Source: an uncultured delta proteobacterium
GTDB lineage: Bacteria; Myxococcota_A; UBA9160; UBA4427
DNA length: 64,000 nt
Assembly (NCBI GenBank): GCA_963822965.1
Contig: CAWGJT010000010.1
Location: 928,001 to 992,000 of the forward strand
Direction of reading: 5' to 3'
The first letter of the stretch is position 1. Each line of letters opens with the position of its first letter. Both the position numbers and the translations under genes were made by a program. The notes beneath the pieces were generated by a model. It was not told the origin of the DNA. It did no database searches and saw only the letters and a list, made by a program, of their open reading frames with translations. Of the stretch, positions 1 to 10,123 are shown piece after piece.

Positions 1-1104
1 CGCTTCGCTGCTCGCGAGGAGCTCGTCGCGCTCTGCGAGGAGGCGGGGCTCGCCGGCGGTGGGAGCATCTCGTACCTGCCGAAGAGCGTGATCGGCGGGC
101 TCAACGAGGAGGACGAGGAGCTCCTGATCGAGCTCGGGCAGAAGAGCCGGCTGCCGATCGTCATCCAGGGCGTCGGAGGACGCGACAAGGTCGACGCGCC
201 GACAGCGGGCTGGGACAACGCGAAGCGCTTCCTCGACGAAGCGGCCCGGCGCGGGGCCGCGGTCTTCTCGCTGCTGCGCAATCACCCCTTCGATCGCCCC
301 ATCGATCTCGATGCGGGCTCGCCGCTCTACGCCGGTGTCTTCCCCTGGGCCGAGCTGATGGCGCTCCCACACGATGAGAAGATCGCCCGGTTGCACGATC
401 CGGCGGTTCGCGACGTGCTTCGCACCGCGGTCGACAACCCCAATCGCGATCCCGATGCCGGCTCGACCCTGCCGCCGCCGCACTGGGACGTGACGTTCGT
501 CGACGAGGTCACCGATCCGAGCAACGAGAAGTACCTGCGCCACACGATCGCCGAGCTCGCCGGCGAGATGGGCAAGGCGCCCGCGGACGTGATGATCGAC
601 CTGGCGCTCTCGGAAGACCTGAAGATGAAGTTCCGCTGGGAGAACAAGACGCCCGAATGGGCATCGAGCGTCGAGGAGAGCATGAAGCACCCGTCGATGC
701 TGATGGGCGTCTCCGACGGCGGAGCGCACCTCGATCGCGACGACGGCGCCGACTGGTCGACCTACTTCCTGCGCTATTGGGTGCTCGATCGCGAGGTGTG
801 GACCCTCGAGGAGGGGATCCGTCAGCTGACCCAGGTACCGGCCGCGATGGCGGGCTTCGCCCAGAGAGGCGTGCTGCTGCCCGGCTACGCCGCCGACATG
901 ATGATCTTCGACCCCGCGACGGTCGGACCCGGAACGAAACGGATGGTGTACGACCTGCCCGGCGAGCAGGGACGATTCTCTGCGCGCCCGCGTGGCTTCG
1001 CGGCGACGATCGTGAACGGTGAGCCGATCGTGCAGGGCGGCAAGCTGCAGAGCGCGCTGCCGGGTCGGCTCGTCCGGCCCGCCGGGACGGGGGCGGGCGC
1101 ATGA
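1..1104 (+). CDS. N-acyl-D-amino-acid deacylase-like amidohydrolase (5' partial)
   Basis: Frame open from base 1 (RFAAREEL...). Motifs SDGGAH, LEEGIRQLT, RGVLLPGYAADMMIFDP, TIVNGEPI typical of the D-aminoacylase family. Confidence 0.8.
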   Translation, partial: RFAAREELVALCEEAGLAGGGSISYLPKSVIGGLNEEDEELLIELGQKSRLPIVIQGVGGRDKVDAPTAGWDNAKRFLDEAARRGAAVFSLLRNHPFDRPIDLDAGSPLYAGVFPWAELMALPHDEKIARLHDPAVRDVLRTAVDNPNRDPDAGSTLPPPHWDVTFVDEVTDPSNEKYLRHTIAELAGEMGKAPADVMIDLALSEDLKMKFRWENKTPEWASSVEESMKHPSMLMGVSDGGAHLDRDDGADWSTYFLRYWVLDREVWTLEEGIRQLTQVPAAMAGFAQRGVLLPGYAADMMIFDPATVGPGTKRMVYDLPGEQGRFSARPRGFAATIVNGEPIVQGGKLQSALPGRLVRPAGTGAGA

Positions 1105-2144
1105 CCGAAGAGCTCGAGCTCTCGACGGATACGCCGGAGGCGCTCATCGAGCTCTTCGAGGCGAAGGGCTGGGGGGACGGTCTGCCCCTCGTGCCGCCGA
1201 CCCGCGATCGCGTCGACGCGATGCTGGCGGCGTCGCCCACCGCAGAGCAGCTCGATCCGGACGAGGTCGTCGCAACGCTCGAGCCGCGCCTCGGTGAGGC
1301 GACGCGACGCGCGATCGCAATCAACGCGGTCCTCGCGGGCTGCAAACCGGGCGTCCTGCCGGTGCTCGTCAGCGCGGTGCGCGCGCTCGCCCGCGCCGAG
1401 CTGAACCTGCGCGGTGTCAACGCCACCACGCATCCGGTGGCGCCGCTGCTCGTCGTGCACGGTACTGCGGTCGCCGAGCTCGGCTTCAACCCGGGGCTCG
1501 GCACGTTCGGCCCGGGCGCGCGTGCGAATGCGACGGTGGGCCGGGCGATTCGGCTGATCCTGTTCCACATCGCGGGGGCGCGACCGGGCGACGGTGATGC
1601 ATCGACGCAGGGGCAGCCCTCGAAGTACGCGTACTGCATCGCCGAGAACGAGGCAGCATCGCCCTGGGAGACGTATCCCCGCAGCGTCGGCGTCGACGCG
1701 CCGAGCGCCGTCACGATCCACTGCGGCGAGAATCCGCACAACTTCCACGACATGGAGAGCGACGCGCCCGAGGCGATCCTCGACAAGGGCGCCAGCGTGA
1801 TGGCGACGCTCGGGTCGAACAACGCGCCGGTCTCGTCCGCCGAGTTCTTCGTCGTGCTCGGCCCGGAGCATGCCGCGACGATCGCCGCCGCGGGCTGGAC
1901 CCGGCGCGACGTGCAGTCGTATCTCTACGAGCGCGCGCGGCTCCCGGTGGGCCTGCTGCGCGAGGCGTTCGACGTCGTGCAGTACCGGCCCTGGCTGAAG
2001 GCCCTCGGCGACGACGACACCCAGCCGATGACCGACCACCCCGACAACATCCGCGTGCTGGTGGCGGGCGGGCCCGGGAAGCACTCGTGCGTGATCCCCA
2101 GCTGGGGCATGACCAGCAGCGTGACCCTCCCGGTCGAGCCCTGA
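1101..2144 (+). CDS. UGSC-selenoprotein partner protein (GWxDGLPxVPPT family)
   Basis: Motifs GWGDGLPLVPPT, AINAVLAGC, RANATVGRAIRL, CIAENE..SPW. ATGA overlap with the upstream gene; lies directly upstream of a UGSC gene. Confidence 0.75.
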   Translation: MTEELELSTDTPEALIELFEAKGWGDGLPLVPPTRDRVDAMLAASPTAEQLDPDEVVATLEPRLGEATRRAIAINAVLAGCKPGVLPVLVSAVRALARAELNLRGVNATTHPVAPLLVVHGTAVAELGFNPGLGTFGPGARANATVGRAIRLILFHIAGARPGDGDASTQGQPSKYAYCIAENEAASPWETYPRSVGVDAPSAVTIHCGENPHNFHDMESDAPEAILDKGASVMATLGSNNAPVSSAEFFVVLGPEHAATIAAAGWTRRDVQSYLYERARLPVGLLREAFDVVQYRPWLKALGDDDTQPMTDHPDNIRVLVAGGPGKHSCVIPSWGMTSSVTLPVEP

Positions 2145-2197
2145 ACGGGGATCGCGTGATCGGCCCCCTGGGAACCATGATCTCGAGGAGTAGAACG

Positions 2198-2719
2198 ATG
2201 AGAATCCTGTCACCCGAAGGAAGCGTGGGCGAGCGCGGTGTCGCACTCGCCGGTTCCCCGGACCTGCTCTCGGGCCGGCGGCTCGCGGTGCTCGACAACG
2301 GCAAGCCGGGGGCGGCGCTCGTGATGACGCGCATCGCCGAGCGTCTTGCCGAGCGCGCCGGCGTCGATTTCGTCGGGGTGTACCGCAAGCGCACGGCGGC
2401 CACGCCCTGCGCCGACGAGCTCATCTCGGAGATCGCGGACGGGGCCGACCTGGTCGTGACCGGCACAGCCGATTGAGGCAGCTGCACGTCGTGGAGTCTC
2501 CACGACACGGCAAGACTGGAGGCACTCGGCGCACCCACGGTCGTGGTTGCGACGGACAAGTTTTTCGATCTGGCCCGGCAAAGCGGCCGTGACGCCGGTC
2601 TTTCGGAGGCGCGCATCGTGGCGCTCGCGCACCCGGTTGGTGGCATCGAGAAGGACGAGCTACGCCGTCGCGCCGATGCGGTGATCGAAGACGTCATGAA
2701 CCGGCTGCTCGGCCGCTAG
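2198..2719 (+). CDS. UGSC-family selenoprotein (173 aa, Sec93 at TGA 2474-2476)
   Basis: RBS GAGGAG then ATG 2198; LDNGKP motif. Reading through the TGA gives ...GTAD-U-GSCTSWSLHD...HPVGG...LLGR* in frame to TAG 2717-2719. SECIS-like hairpin follows. Confidence 0.9.
2488..2506 (+). promoter_or_regulatory. Putative bacterial SECIS hairpin of the UGSC gene
   Basis: GTCGTGGA-GTC-TCCACGAC: perfect 8-bp stem with an 11-nt spacer after the TGA; loop starts with GU. Confidence 0.75.
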
Positions 2720-2826
2720 GAGCCTGGCGCGGCAGAGCGATCGCTCTGCCGCGCCAGGCGACGACCCAAAGATTCGAAGAATCGCAGCCAGGAGAGCAGC
2801 GAGGGCGAGAGCCCGGGGAGGACGAG

Positions 2827-3930
2827 ATGGGAAGATTCGGGCACTACGTGATCGACGCGGACGGGCACGGCGGCGAGCCCCTGGGCTGGCGCAGGCGCAT
2901 CCCCGCGAAGTTCCAGTCGACCATGCGTGATTACGTCGCCGCCATGCGGAAGCGGTACGCGAGCGTGCCGGGCGCCGGGCTTCGCGCGGGCGACTCGGCC
3001 GAAGCGGTCATCCCCGACGAGGACGACCTCGAGTTCGCCGTGCCCACGCAGCCCGGCATGTTCGACCCCGAGAAGCGCTTGCCCGACATGGATCTCGAAG
3101 GAATCGACGTCGCGGTCCTGTTCCCGCCCGGCTCGGGCGAAGAGTGGGCGATGGACGACGTCGACTTCTCGGTGGCGCTGTGCAGCACGCTGAACGACGC
3201 CCGGGCCGAGTACGTGAGCCATGCGCCCGATCGCCTGAAGCTCGTGGCGAAGCTGCCGATGATCGAGCCCAGGGCCGCGGCCGAGGAGCTCGCTCGATGT
3301 GTCACGCAGCACGCCTTCGTGGGGATGGTGACCGCCACGCACATCCGGGAGAAGAACCTCGACGATCCGAGCTTCGACGTCGTGTGGGAGACCGCGCAGC
3401 GGCTCGGCGTGGCCGTGTGCACGCACGGCGGGGGCCAGGCGCCCGGGCAGACGCCCTTCGCCGTCGACCGCTACGACACGCGGCTCGGCATCCACGCGCT
3501 CACCCATCCGCTCGGCGCGATGCACGCGGTGTTCAACTTCACGGTGGGCGGCATCCTGGCGAAATTCCCGGAGCTGCGGGTCGGGTTCCTCGAGGCGGGG
3601 GTCGGATGGCTCCCCTTCTGGCTCGAGCGGCTCGACGAGCACTGGGAGATGATGCCCGAGCAGGCGCCCCTGATCGATCGGCGGCCTTCGGAGTACTTCA
3701 CCGGCCGCTGCTTCCTCACGACGGAGCCCGACGAGAAGATGGTTCCGTACGTGTTCGAGAGCGTGGCCGACGACATCATCTGCTACTCGTCGGACTACTG
3801 TCACTGGGATTGCGCGTTCCCCGACTCGGTGAGCATCCTCGAAAAGCGCGGTGATCTGAGCGATCGCGTCAAGCAGCGGCTCTTTTCGGCAAACGCGGCG
3901 AAGCTCTACGGGCTCGAGGTCCCGGCGTGA
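2827..3930 (+). CDS. Amidohydrolase_2 family protein
   Basis: IDADGH metal motif, FPELRVGFLEAGVGW, SSDYCHWD. Confidence 0.85.
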   Translation: MGRFGHYVIDADGHGGEPLGWRRRIPAKFQSTMRDYVAAMRKRYASVPGAGLRAGDSAEAVIPDEDDLEFAVPTQPGMFDPEKRLPDMDLEGIDVAVLFPPGSGEEWAMDDVDFSVALCSTLNDARAEYVSHAPDRLKLVAKLPMIEPRAAAEELARCVTQHAFVGMVTATHIREKNLDDPSFDVVWETAQRLGVAVCTHGGGQAPGQTPFAVDRYDTRLGIHALTHPLGAMHAVFNFTVGGILAKFPELRVGFLEAGVGWLPFWLERLDEHWEMMPEQAPLIDRRPSEYFTGRCFLTTEPDEKMVPYVFESVADDIICYSSDYCHWDCAFPDSVSILEKRGDLSDRVKQRLFSANAAKLYGLEVPA

Positions 3931-4838
3931 AGTTCTCGGTGCAGCTGCCGACCGATCGCGTCGAGCGCGGGGACGAGTTCACGGGGCTGGCGGCCATCAC
4001 CGAGATGGCCGCTGCGACCGAGGCAGCCGGCTTCGACGCCTGCTTCGTGACCGAACACCCGTTTCCCGCCGACGATTGGCTCGCGACCGGAGGGCATCAC
4101 AGCCTCGATCCTTTCGTCTCGCTCACGGCCGCGGCCGCGGCGACCAAGCGGCTTCGACTGCACACGAACATCCTGGTGCTGCCCTATCGCAACCCGTTCA
4201 TGACCGCGAAGGCCATCGCGAGCCTCGACGTCGTATCGGGTGGCCGCGTCATCATGGGCGTGGCCGCCGGCTACCTGAGGGGCGAGTACGACGCGCTCGG
4301 CGCGAGCTTCGAAGATCGCAATGCGCTCACCGACGAGGCGCTCGTTGCGATGAAGCAGGCCTGGCGCGGCGAGTCGACGAAGATCGACGGGAGCCGCTTC
4401 CACGTCGCCGGCAACACCATGCTCCCGAGGCCGCTGCAGAGCCCGCATCCGCCGATCTGGGTGGGCGGCAACACCAGGATGGCCATGCGCAGGGTGGCGG
4501 AGCACGCGCAGGGATGGAGCCCGTTCCCGATCGCGAGCCGCTTCGCCGGCCGTGCCCGCACCGCCTCGATCGAGACGATCGAGGAGCTGGGCCAGCGCAT
4601 CGCGTACCTGAAGGAGCATGCGGCGAGCATCGGCCGCAACGAGCCGCTCGACGTGAACTTCGTCCCCTTCGGCTCGCAGATGAACGCCCAGGCGCCCCTC
4701 GATCCCGTCGCGCTGCGCGAGCAGATCGAGGCGCTCGAGGCCGTCGGCGTCACGTGGGTCTCCGTCGGCGTGCCCGGCCGGAGCCGGGCCGAGTACCTCG
4801 ATTCGATCGCGCGGTTCGGCGCGGAGGTAATCGGGTGA
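3927..4838 (+). CDS. LLM-class (probably F420-dependent) oxidoreductase
   Basis: TEHPFP, LDPFVSL, LVLPYRNP, LDVVSGGR, PPIWVGGN; GTGA overlap. Confidence 0.85.
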   Translation: MKFSVQLPTDRVERGDEFTGLAAITEMAAATEAAGFDACFVTEHPFPADDWLATGGHHSLDPFVSLTAAAAATKRLRLHTNILVLPYRNPFMTAKAIASLDVVSGGRVIMGVAAGYLRGEYDALGASFEDRNALTDEALVAMKQAWRGESTKIDGSRFHVAGNTMLPRPLQSPHPPIWVGGNTRMAMRRVAEHAQGWSPFPIASRFAGRARTASIETIEELGQRIAYLKEHAASIGRNEPLDVNFVPFGSQMNAQAPLDPVALREQIEALEAVGVTWVSVGVPGRSRAEYLDSIARFGAEVIG

Positions 4839-5662
4839 GCGTTCACGTCCAGCCCGTGACTGCGACGATCGGCGCGACGATCACCGGCGTCGACCTGCGG
4901 GCACCGCTCTGTGCGGACGATCGCGACGCGATCGAGCGGGCGCTGCTCGAGCACGGCGTGCTCTTTTTTCGCGATCAAGACGTCACGCCGGATCAGCAGG
5001 TCGCATTTGCCGAGCAGTTCGGAACGATAGACATCCCTCCGATGGCGCCCAACAGCGGGATGCGACCGGAGGTGATGGTCCTCGACCAGGTGGATCCGCG
5101 AGGGCAAGGCGCGGACAACTGGCACAGCGACAACACGTTCATGGCGGAGCCTCCGCTCGGCTCGATCCTCAAGGCGGTGCAGCTGCCGCCGGTTGGTGGC
5201 GATACGTGCTTCGCCAATGCGGTTGCCGCCTACGAAGGGCTCTCCGCCTCGATGCGCGCCTTCGTCGCCGGCCTGCGTGCGGTGCACGACATCACGAAGC
5301 CGATGCGGCGGGCGTTGCGCGCGGGCATCTTCGACGAGGCGCGGCTCGAGAAGGCGCGCGCGCAGTGGCCCCCGGTCGAGCACCCGGTGGTTCGAACGCA
5401 TCCGGTCACCAGGCGCAAGGCGCTCTTCGTGAACGGCAACTCGACCACGCACATCGTCGGGCTGACCGAGCGCGAGAACGACCTCATCCTGCCCTTCCTG
5501 AACGATCACGTCCGTTCGCCCGAGTATCAGTGCCGCTTCGCGTGGGCCACGAACTCGATCGCGTTCTGGGACAATCGCACGGTTCAGCACTACGCGGTTC
5601 CCGATTACAACCAGCGGCGCGTCATGCACCGCGTCACACTGGCGGGCGACAAGCCCGTCTGA
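4835..5662 (+). CDS. TauD/TfdA family Fe(II)/2-oxoglutarate dioxygenase
   Basis: True start GTG 4835 (GTGA overlap). WHSDNTF (HxD), GGDTCFA, HPVVRTHP, WDNRTVQH, RVMHR. Confidence 0.9.
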   Translation: MSVHVQPVTATIGATITGVDLRAPLCADDRDAIERALLEHGVLFFRDQDVTPDQQVAFAEQFGTIDIPPMAPNSGMRPEVMVLDQVDPRGQGADNWHSDNTFMAEPPLGSILKAVQLPPVGGDTCFANAVAAYEGLSASMRAFVAGLRAVHDITKPMRRALRAGIFDEARLEKARAQWPPVEHPVVRTHPVTRRKALFVNGNSTTHIVGLTERENDLILPFLNDHVRSPEYQCRFAWATNSIAFWDNRTVQHYAVPDYNQRRVMHRVTLAGDKPV

Positions 5663-5670
5663 GGATCGCC

Positions 5671-6147
5671 ATGGCCAAAGACGAAGAGAAGACGCCCGGG
5701 GTTCGGTTTCGACACGCCGACGACGAGAAGTGGCAGGAGGTTCGGGCGCAGCAGCACGGCGACCAACGCGTGTCGATTCGGGAGAAGTGGCTCGAGTTCA
5801 CACCGAATTTCCTCTGCTTGTATGCGAAGTGGGATCCCGGCATGATGGTCCACAAGCACGGTCACAACAGCGATCACATCCTCTTCGTGCTCGAGGGCGA
5901 GATGATGTGCGGTGACGTGAAGTGCACGAAGGGCATGCACATCACCCTCGAGCATGGCGCCGCTTTCGGCCCCTTCATCGCGGGGCCCGAGGGTGTCGAG
6001 CTCTTCGAGGTCATGATGGGCGATCCGCGCTCGTGGGCGGCAGATCCCGAGGGCTTCGAGAAGCTGCTTGCGGAGAAGGGGGCGAAGAAGCTCCCCAACC
6101 CCCCGATCGCCCTGCCGGATTGGCTCGAGGACACCCGGACGAGTTGA
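5671..6147 (+). CDS. Cupin domain protein
   Basis: ATG 5671; HGHNSDHILFVLEGEM and GPFIAGPEGVELFEV cupin-like motifs. Confidence 0.7.
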   Translation: MAKDEEKTPGVRFRHADDEKWQEVRAQQHGDQRVSIREKWLEFTPNFLCLYAKWDPGMMVHKHGHNSDHILFVLEGEMMCGDVKCTKGMHITLEHGAAFGPFIAGPEGVELFEVMMGDPRSWAADPEGFEKLLAEKGAKKLPNPPIALPDWLEDTRTS

Positions 6148-6190
6148 CGCGGCCAGTCCTGCCCACCCGGAGAAATGGAGAAGTCGCCCG

Positions 6191-7363
6191 ATGCGCAATG
6201 GATTCAAGGTCTTCGATGCGGACGCCCACGTGGTCGAGCCCAGGAACCTCTGGGAGCGATTCCTCGACCAGCGCTATCAATCTCGAGTCTCGTGGAAGCA
6301 GCCCTTCGAGGGCATGGACCGCTTCCGCCCGGCGACCGTCGACGGGCGCTACACGCAGAACCACAAGACCCTATACGGCCGCCAGCAGGAGGCCGTGCGC
6401 TGGACCACCGAGGCCATGCGCGAGAAGTACGGCAAGGTGGTGGACAAGGGCTTCGACGGCGCGAGCGTGGCGGTGAGTGGACGCGTCGAGGGCGTCGATC
6501 TGATGGTCCTCTACGGGCCGGGCTACGACATGTGGCTCGACGGCATCGACCCGGATCTGCAGGCCGGCATGGCGCGCGCGTACAACCGCTGGGCCGAGGA
6601 GATGCGGGAGACGTCGGGGGGAATGGTGCTCGCGGCTGGCCCGGTACCACTCGGCGACATCACGCGGGCCGTCGAGGAGGTGAGATACGCGTACGAGCAC
6701 CTCGGGACGCGCTGCTTCTGGGCGAGACCCAACCCCTTCGGGCACCGCACGCTCGGTGATCGCTACTACGACCCGCTGTGGGAGCTGATCCAGGATCTCG
6801 ACGTCGCCTTCGGGACCCACGAGTTCATGGGGCTGGCGGGCACCTCGGCCGGCAACGACCGCTTCGAGAGCTTCGTTGAGTGGCACACCTGCGTACATCC
6901 GATGGAGGCGCAGATGGCCATGCTCGCGATGATCGTGAATGGCGTCTTCGAGCGCTTCCCTCGGCTGCGCGTGGGCTACATGGAGGCGGGATCGGCCTGG
7001 GTGCCGCAATGGCTGCACCGCATCGAAGAGCACGTCGAGCTCGCGGGCTGGCTCGAGACGCCCGAGTGCACGAAGGAGCCGATCGAGTATTTCAAGCAGA
7101 ACATCTGGGTGACGACCGAGTGCGACGAGCACCTCGTGTATCACACGATCGAGGAGCTGGACGACACGCACATCCTGTTCGAGACCGACTACCCGCACCC
7201 CGACTCGAAGTACCCCCACGCGGTGGAGACATTTCTCGGTCAGGAGCGTCTCTCGGAGGAGAGCAAGCGCAGGATTCTCTGGGACAACGCGGTCGACTTC
7301 TACCGCTTTCCCGAGACCCATATGCCGAAGAAGTTCGACTCACCGCCGGAGGGAGCGGGCTAG
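6191..7363 (+). CDS. Amidohydrolase_2 family protein
   Basis: ATG 6191; FDADAHVVEP, FERFPRLRVGYMEAG, ETDYPHPD. Confidence 0.85.
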   Translation: MRNGFKVFDADAHVVEPRNLWERFLDQRYQSRVSWKQPFEGMDRFRPATVDGRYTQNHKTLYGRQQEAVRWTTEAMREKYGKVVDKGFDGASVAVSGRVEGVDLMVLYGPGYDMWLDGIDPDLQAGMARAYNRWAEEMRETSGGMVLAAGPVPLGDITRAVEEVRYAYEHLGTRCFWARPNPFGHRTLGDRYYDPLWELIQDLDVAFGTHEFMGLAGTSAGNDRFESFVEWHTCVHPMEAQMAMLAMIVNGVFERFPRLRVGYMEAGSAWVPQWLHRIEEHVELAGWLETPECTKEPIEYFKQNIWVTTECDEHLVYHTIEELDDTHILFETDYPHPDSKYPHAVETFLGQERLSEESKRRILWDNAVDFYRFPETHMPKKFDSPPEGAG

Positions 7364-7365
7364 CC

Positions 7366-8748
7366 GTGGGGAGCTTTCGTAGGCCGTTCGAGGTCATCGA
7401 CTACGATGCGCTGATGCGGAGGCACGAGCCGCCGCCCGAGTACTTCGAGGGCGACTGGCTCGCCGAGCCCGAGGTGATCGAGGCGCGACAGCTCGAGTGG
7501 CTGCAGGCCCGGGTGCGGAACACCTACGAAGTGCCGTTCTTCCGCCGTCGCTTCGACGAGGCCGGCATTGCGCCGGAAGACCTGCGCTCGCTGGACGACC
7601 TGTCGCGCTTTCCGGCCTACCGCGTCGACGACATCCGCAAGAGCATCGAGGCGCATCCGCCGCTGGGCGACTACCAGGGCGCGTCGCTCGACGGTGTGCT
7701 CGAGAACCCGGTGCGCGTGTTCATGTCGGGCGCGACCACCGGTGCGCCCCGACCGACGCTCTATACGCAGTGGGATCGGGAGGCGGGCGCGATCCTGATG
7801 GCGCGCGCGCTCTATCTCCAGGGCATTCGGCCCGGCGACGTCGTGCTGAACGCCTGGGCGTACTCGACCCACAACGGGGCGTTCGCGTTCGACGAGGCTC
7901 TTCACAAGTGGCTGAACTGCGTCGTGCTCACGACGGGCACCGGCAACGTGACGAGCAGCCGTCGCCAGATCGAGCTCGCTCATCAGTACCAGGCGACGGC
8001 GATCCTCACGACGGGCGACTATCTGCTGCATCTCGCCGACGTCGCGCGTGAGATGGGGCTCGACCCGAGGGAGGACTTCGACATCCGCGCGTTGCCGAAC
8101 ATCGGCGACCGCGAGAAGCTCGAGGCGACGTGGGGGGCGCCGAACTACCAGTCGTACGGCTTCCACGAGGTGCAGTGGGTCTCGGTCGAGTGTCCGGAGC
8201 GGCAGGGGCTGCACATCTTCGAGGACGCGTTCGTCGTGCAGATCGTCGATCCCGAGACCGGCGAGCCGCTCCCCGACGGCGAGCCTGGCTCGATCTGCAT
8301 CACCGAGATCTACAAGACGGGAAGCCCGCAGTTCCGCTACGACATCCAGGACCTCTCGGTGCTCTACCCACGCGAGCGGTGTGCTTGCGGGAGCTGGCTG
8401 CGCCGCATGGGCCCCTTCGCGGGCCGCAGCGACAACATGGTCAAGCTGCGTGGAGTGAACGTCTGGCCCGAAGCCATCGGCGAGATCGCGCTCGACGACC
8501 CCCGGCTCGAGGCGGACTATTTCGTCCGAGCCACACGAGAAGGGAACCGGGACGAGATGGTGGTGCACGTCGTGACGCGTGACCCCGGGACTGCGTACGC
8601 CGACATCGCGACCGCGGCCGAGGCGAGGCTGAAGGAGCGCCTCGGCGTGCGCATCGCGGTCGAGGTGGCGCCGCCCGGTGCCCTCGACGGATGGACCGAG
8701 CTGCACACCTCGCCCAAGCCGAAGCGCTTCAGGGACGAACGCGAATGA
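7366..8748 (+). CDS. Phenylacetate-CoA ligase (PaaK)-like AMP-binding enzyme
   Basis: GTG 7366; SGATTG P-loop, YGFHE, ECPERQGLHIFED, CACGS, GRSDNMVKLRGVNVWP. Confidence 0.85.
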   Translation: MGSFRRPFEVIDYDALMRRHEPPPEYFEGDWLAEPEVIEARQLEWLQARVRNTYEVPFFRRRFDEAGIAPEDLRSLDDLSRFPAYRVDDIRKSIEAHPPLGDYQGASLDGVLENPVRVFMSGATTGAPRPTLYTQWDREAGAILMARALYLQGIRPGDVVLNAWAYSTHNGAFAFDEALHKWLNCVVLTTGTGNVTSSRRQIELAHQYQATAILTTGDYLLHLADVAREMGLDPREDFDIRALPNIGDREKLEATWGAPNYQSYGFHEVQWVSVECPERQGLHIFEDAFVVQIVDPETGEPLPDGEPGSICITEIYKTGSPQFRYDIQDLSVLYPRERCACGSWLRRMGPFAGRSDNMVKLRGVNVWPEAIGEIALDDPRLEADYFVRATREGNRDEMVVHVVTRDPGTAYADIATAAEARLKERLGVRIAVEVAPPGALDGWTELHTSPKPKRFRDERE

Positions 8749-9614
8749 GCGGCTGGATCGACTACTGGTGCAACGCCTTCACGCCGGATCGCCTCGAGCG
8801 CTGGGAAGCGGCGATCGCCGCCCAGGGCATCCCGCTCAAGATCCGCCGACGAGACGACGACTCGTTCGCCGAGGTCGGCGAGATGCTCGCCCGGATGGAC
8901 GAGGTCGGCGTCCAGACCCTCGTGCTGCCCTCCGCGGAAGTTCCCGACGGTGCCGAGCCCACCAACTACGCACTCTTCACGACCGCGTTCGAGGACGTCG
9001 TCGCGTGGGCGGAGGCCCACCCGGGACGGTTCGCAGGTCTCTTCACGATCGATCCGACGAGCGGAGTCCGCGGTGTGCGTCGCGCGGCCGAAGCGCTGTC
9101 GCACCGAAGCTTCGTCGGGCTGCAGATCCACACGCACAGCTGGAACCGGCGCTTCGACGACCGCGACTACTACCCGTACTACGCGCTCGCCGCCGAGCTC
9201 GAGCTGCCCATCGTCATGCAGGCGGGCGCGTCGGGCGGACGCGAGCCGAGCGACTGCGGCCGCCCGATCGGGATCGATGCGCCGGCGCTCTACTTCGACA
9301 GTGCCGACTTCGTCCTTTCGCACACGGGGTGGCCCTGGGTCGAGGAGGCGCTGGCGATGGCAGGCAAGCACCCCAACGTCTTCCTGGGCACGGCCGCCTT
9401 CCCGCCGCATCACTGGTCCGCCGAGCTGCTGCGATTCATCGGCGGCGCCGGGTGCGGCAAGGTGATGCTGGGGACCAGTTTTCCGGTCGTTGGACACAGG
9501 CACGCGCTGGCACGGCTGGCGGATGTGCCGCTCTCCGACTCGGCGCGCGAGGCGCTGCTCTCCGGCGCGGCGCACCGAGTTTTCCGTCGACTCCATCGGG
9601 AGGAACCCGGATGA
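8745..9614 (+). CDS. Amidohydrolase_2 family protein
   Basis: ATGA overlap; YYPYYALAAELELPIVMQAG, LSHTGWPW, KHPNVF. The N-terminal metal motif is atypical (IDYWCN). Confidence 0.8.
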   Translation: MSGWIDYWCNAFTPDRLERWEAAIAAQGIPLKIRRRDDDSFAEVGEMLARMDEVGVQTLVLPSAEVPDGAEPTNYALFTTAFEDVVAWAEAHPGRFAGLFTIDPTSGVRGVRRAAEALSHRSFVGLQIHTHSWNRRFDDRDYYPYYALAAELELPIVMQAGASGGREPSDCGRPIGIDAPALYFDSADFVLSHTGWPWVEEALAMAGKHPNVFLGTAAFPPHHWSAELLRFIGGAGCGKVMLGTSFPVVGHRHALARLADVPLSDSAREALLSGAAHRVFRRLHREEPG

Positions 9615-10123
9615 CGGGCACCGTCTACACTGTTCCGCCGATCCCTCCGGATCCGGATCACACGACCTATGTCGACGCCGGAGCGATCCGGATCGGCGTC
9701 GAGTACCGCCTGCTCGACGAGGCGGAGCTCGAAGCCAACTACGAGGGCGAGCAGATGGACGAGATCCAGGATGCGCTCGCCGGGGCCGCGGTGCAGGACA
9801 ACGGCGTGTCGCTCCATGTCGTCGGTGCCGAGGACGAACACGAGTATCTCCGCTTCGACATGTTCGAGCAGGAGCCGCACTACCACTACATCGACCGGTC
9901 GGGCGAGAGTCAGCGGATCATCGACTTCGACCGGGTAGCCCATGGCCCGATGCTTCCCTGGGCGCTCGCGCAGATTCGGGAGCACCTCGAGCCGATGCTC
10001 GAGCACGCCGGTGGAGGGGCACTGCTCTCGCGGCTCGACGCGCGTCATATCGCCGAAGCTCTCGTCGAGGTCGAGAAGCTTGCGCGACAGGCGGAGGCTG
10101 CTCTCACCCGAGGGAGGAAGTGA
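9611..10123 (+). CDS. Hypothetical protein (170 aa)
   Basis: ATGA overlap, good codon usage; GVSLHV...EYLRFDMF..PHYHY pattern. Confidence 0.7.
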   Translation: MTGTVYTVPPIPPDPDHTTYVDAGAIRIGVEYRLLDEAELEANYEGEQMDEIQDALAGAAVQDNGVSLHVVGAEDEHEYLRFDMFEQEPHYHYIDRSGESQRIIDFDRVAHGPMLPWALAQIREHLEPMLEHAGGGALLSRLDARHIAEALVEVEKLARQAEAALTRGRK

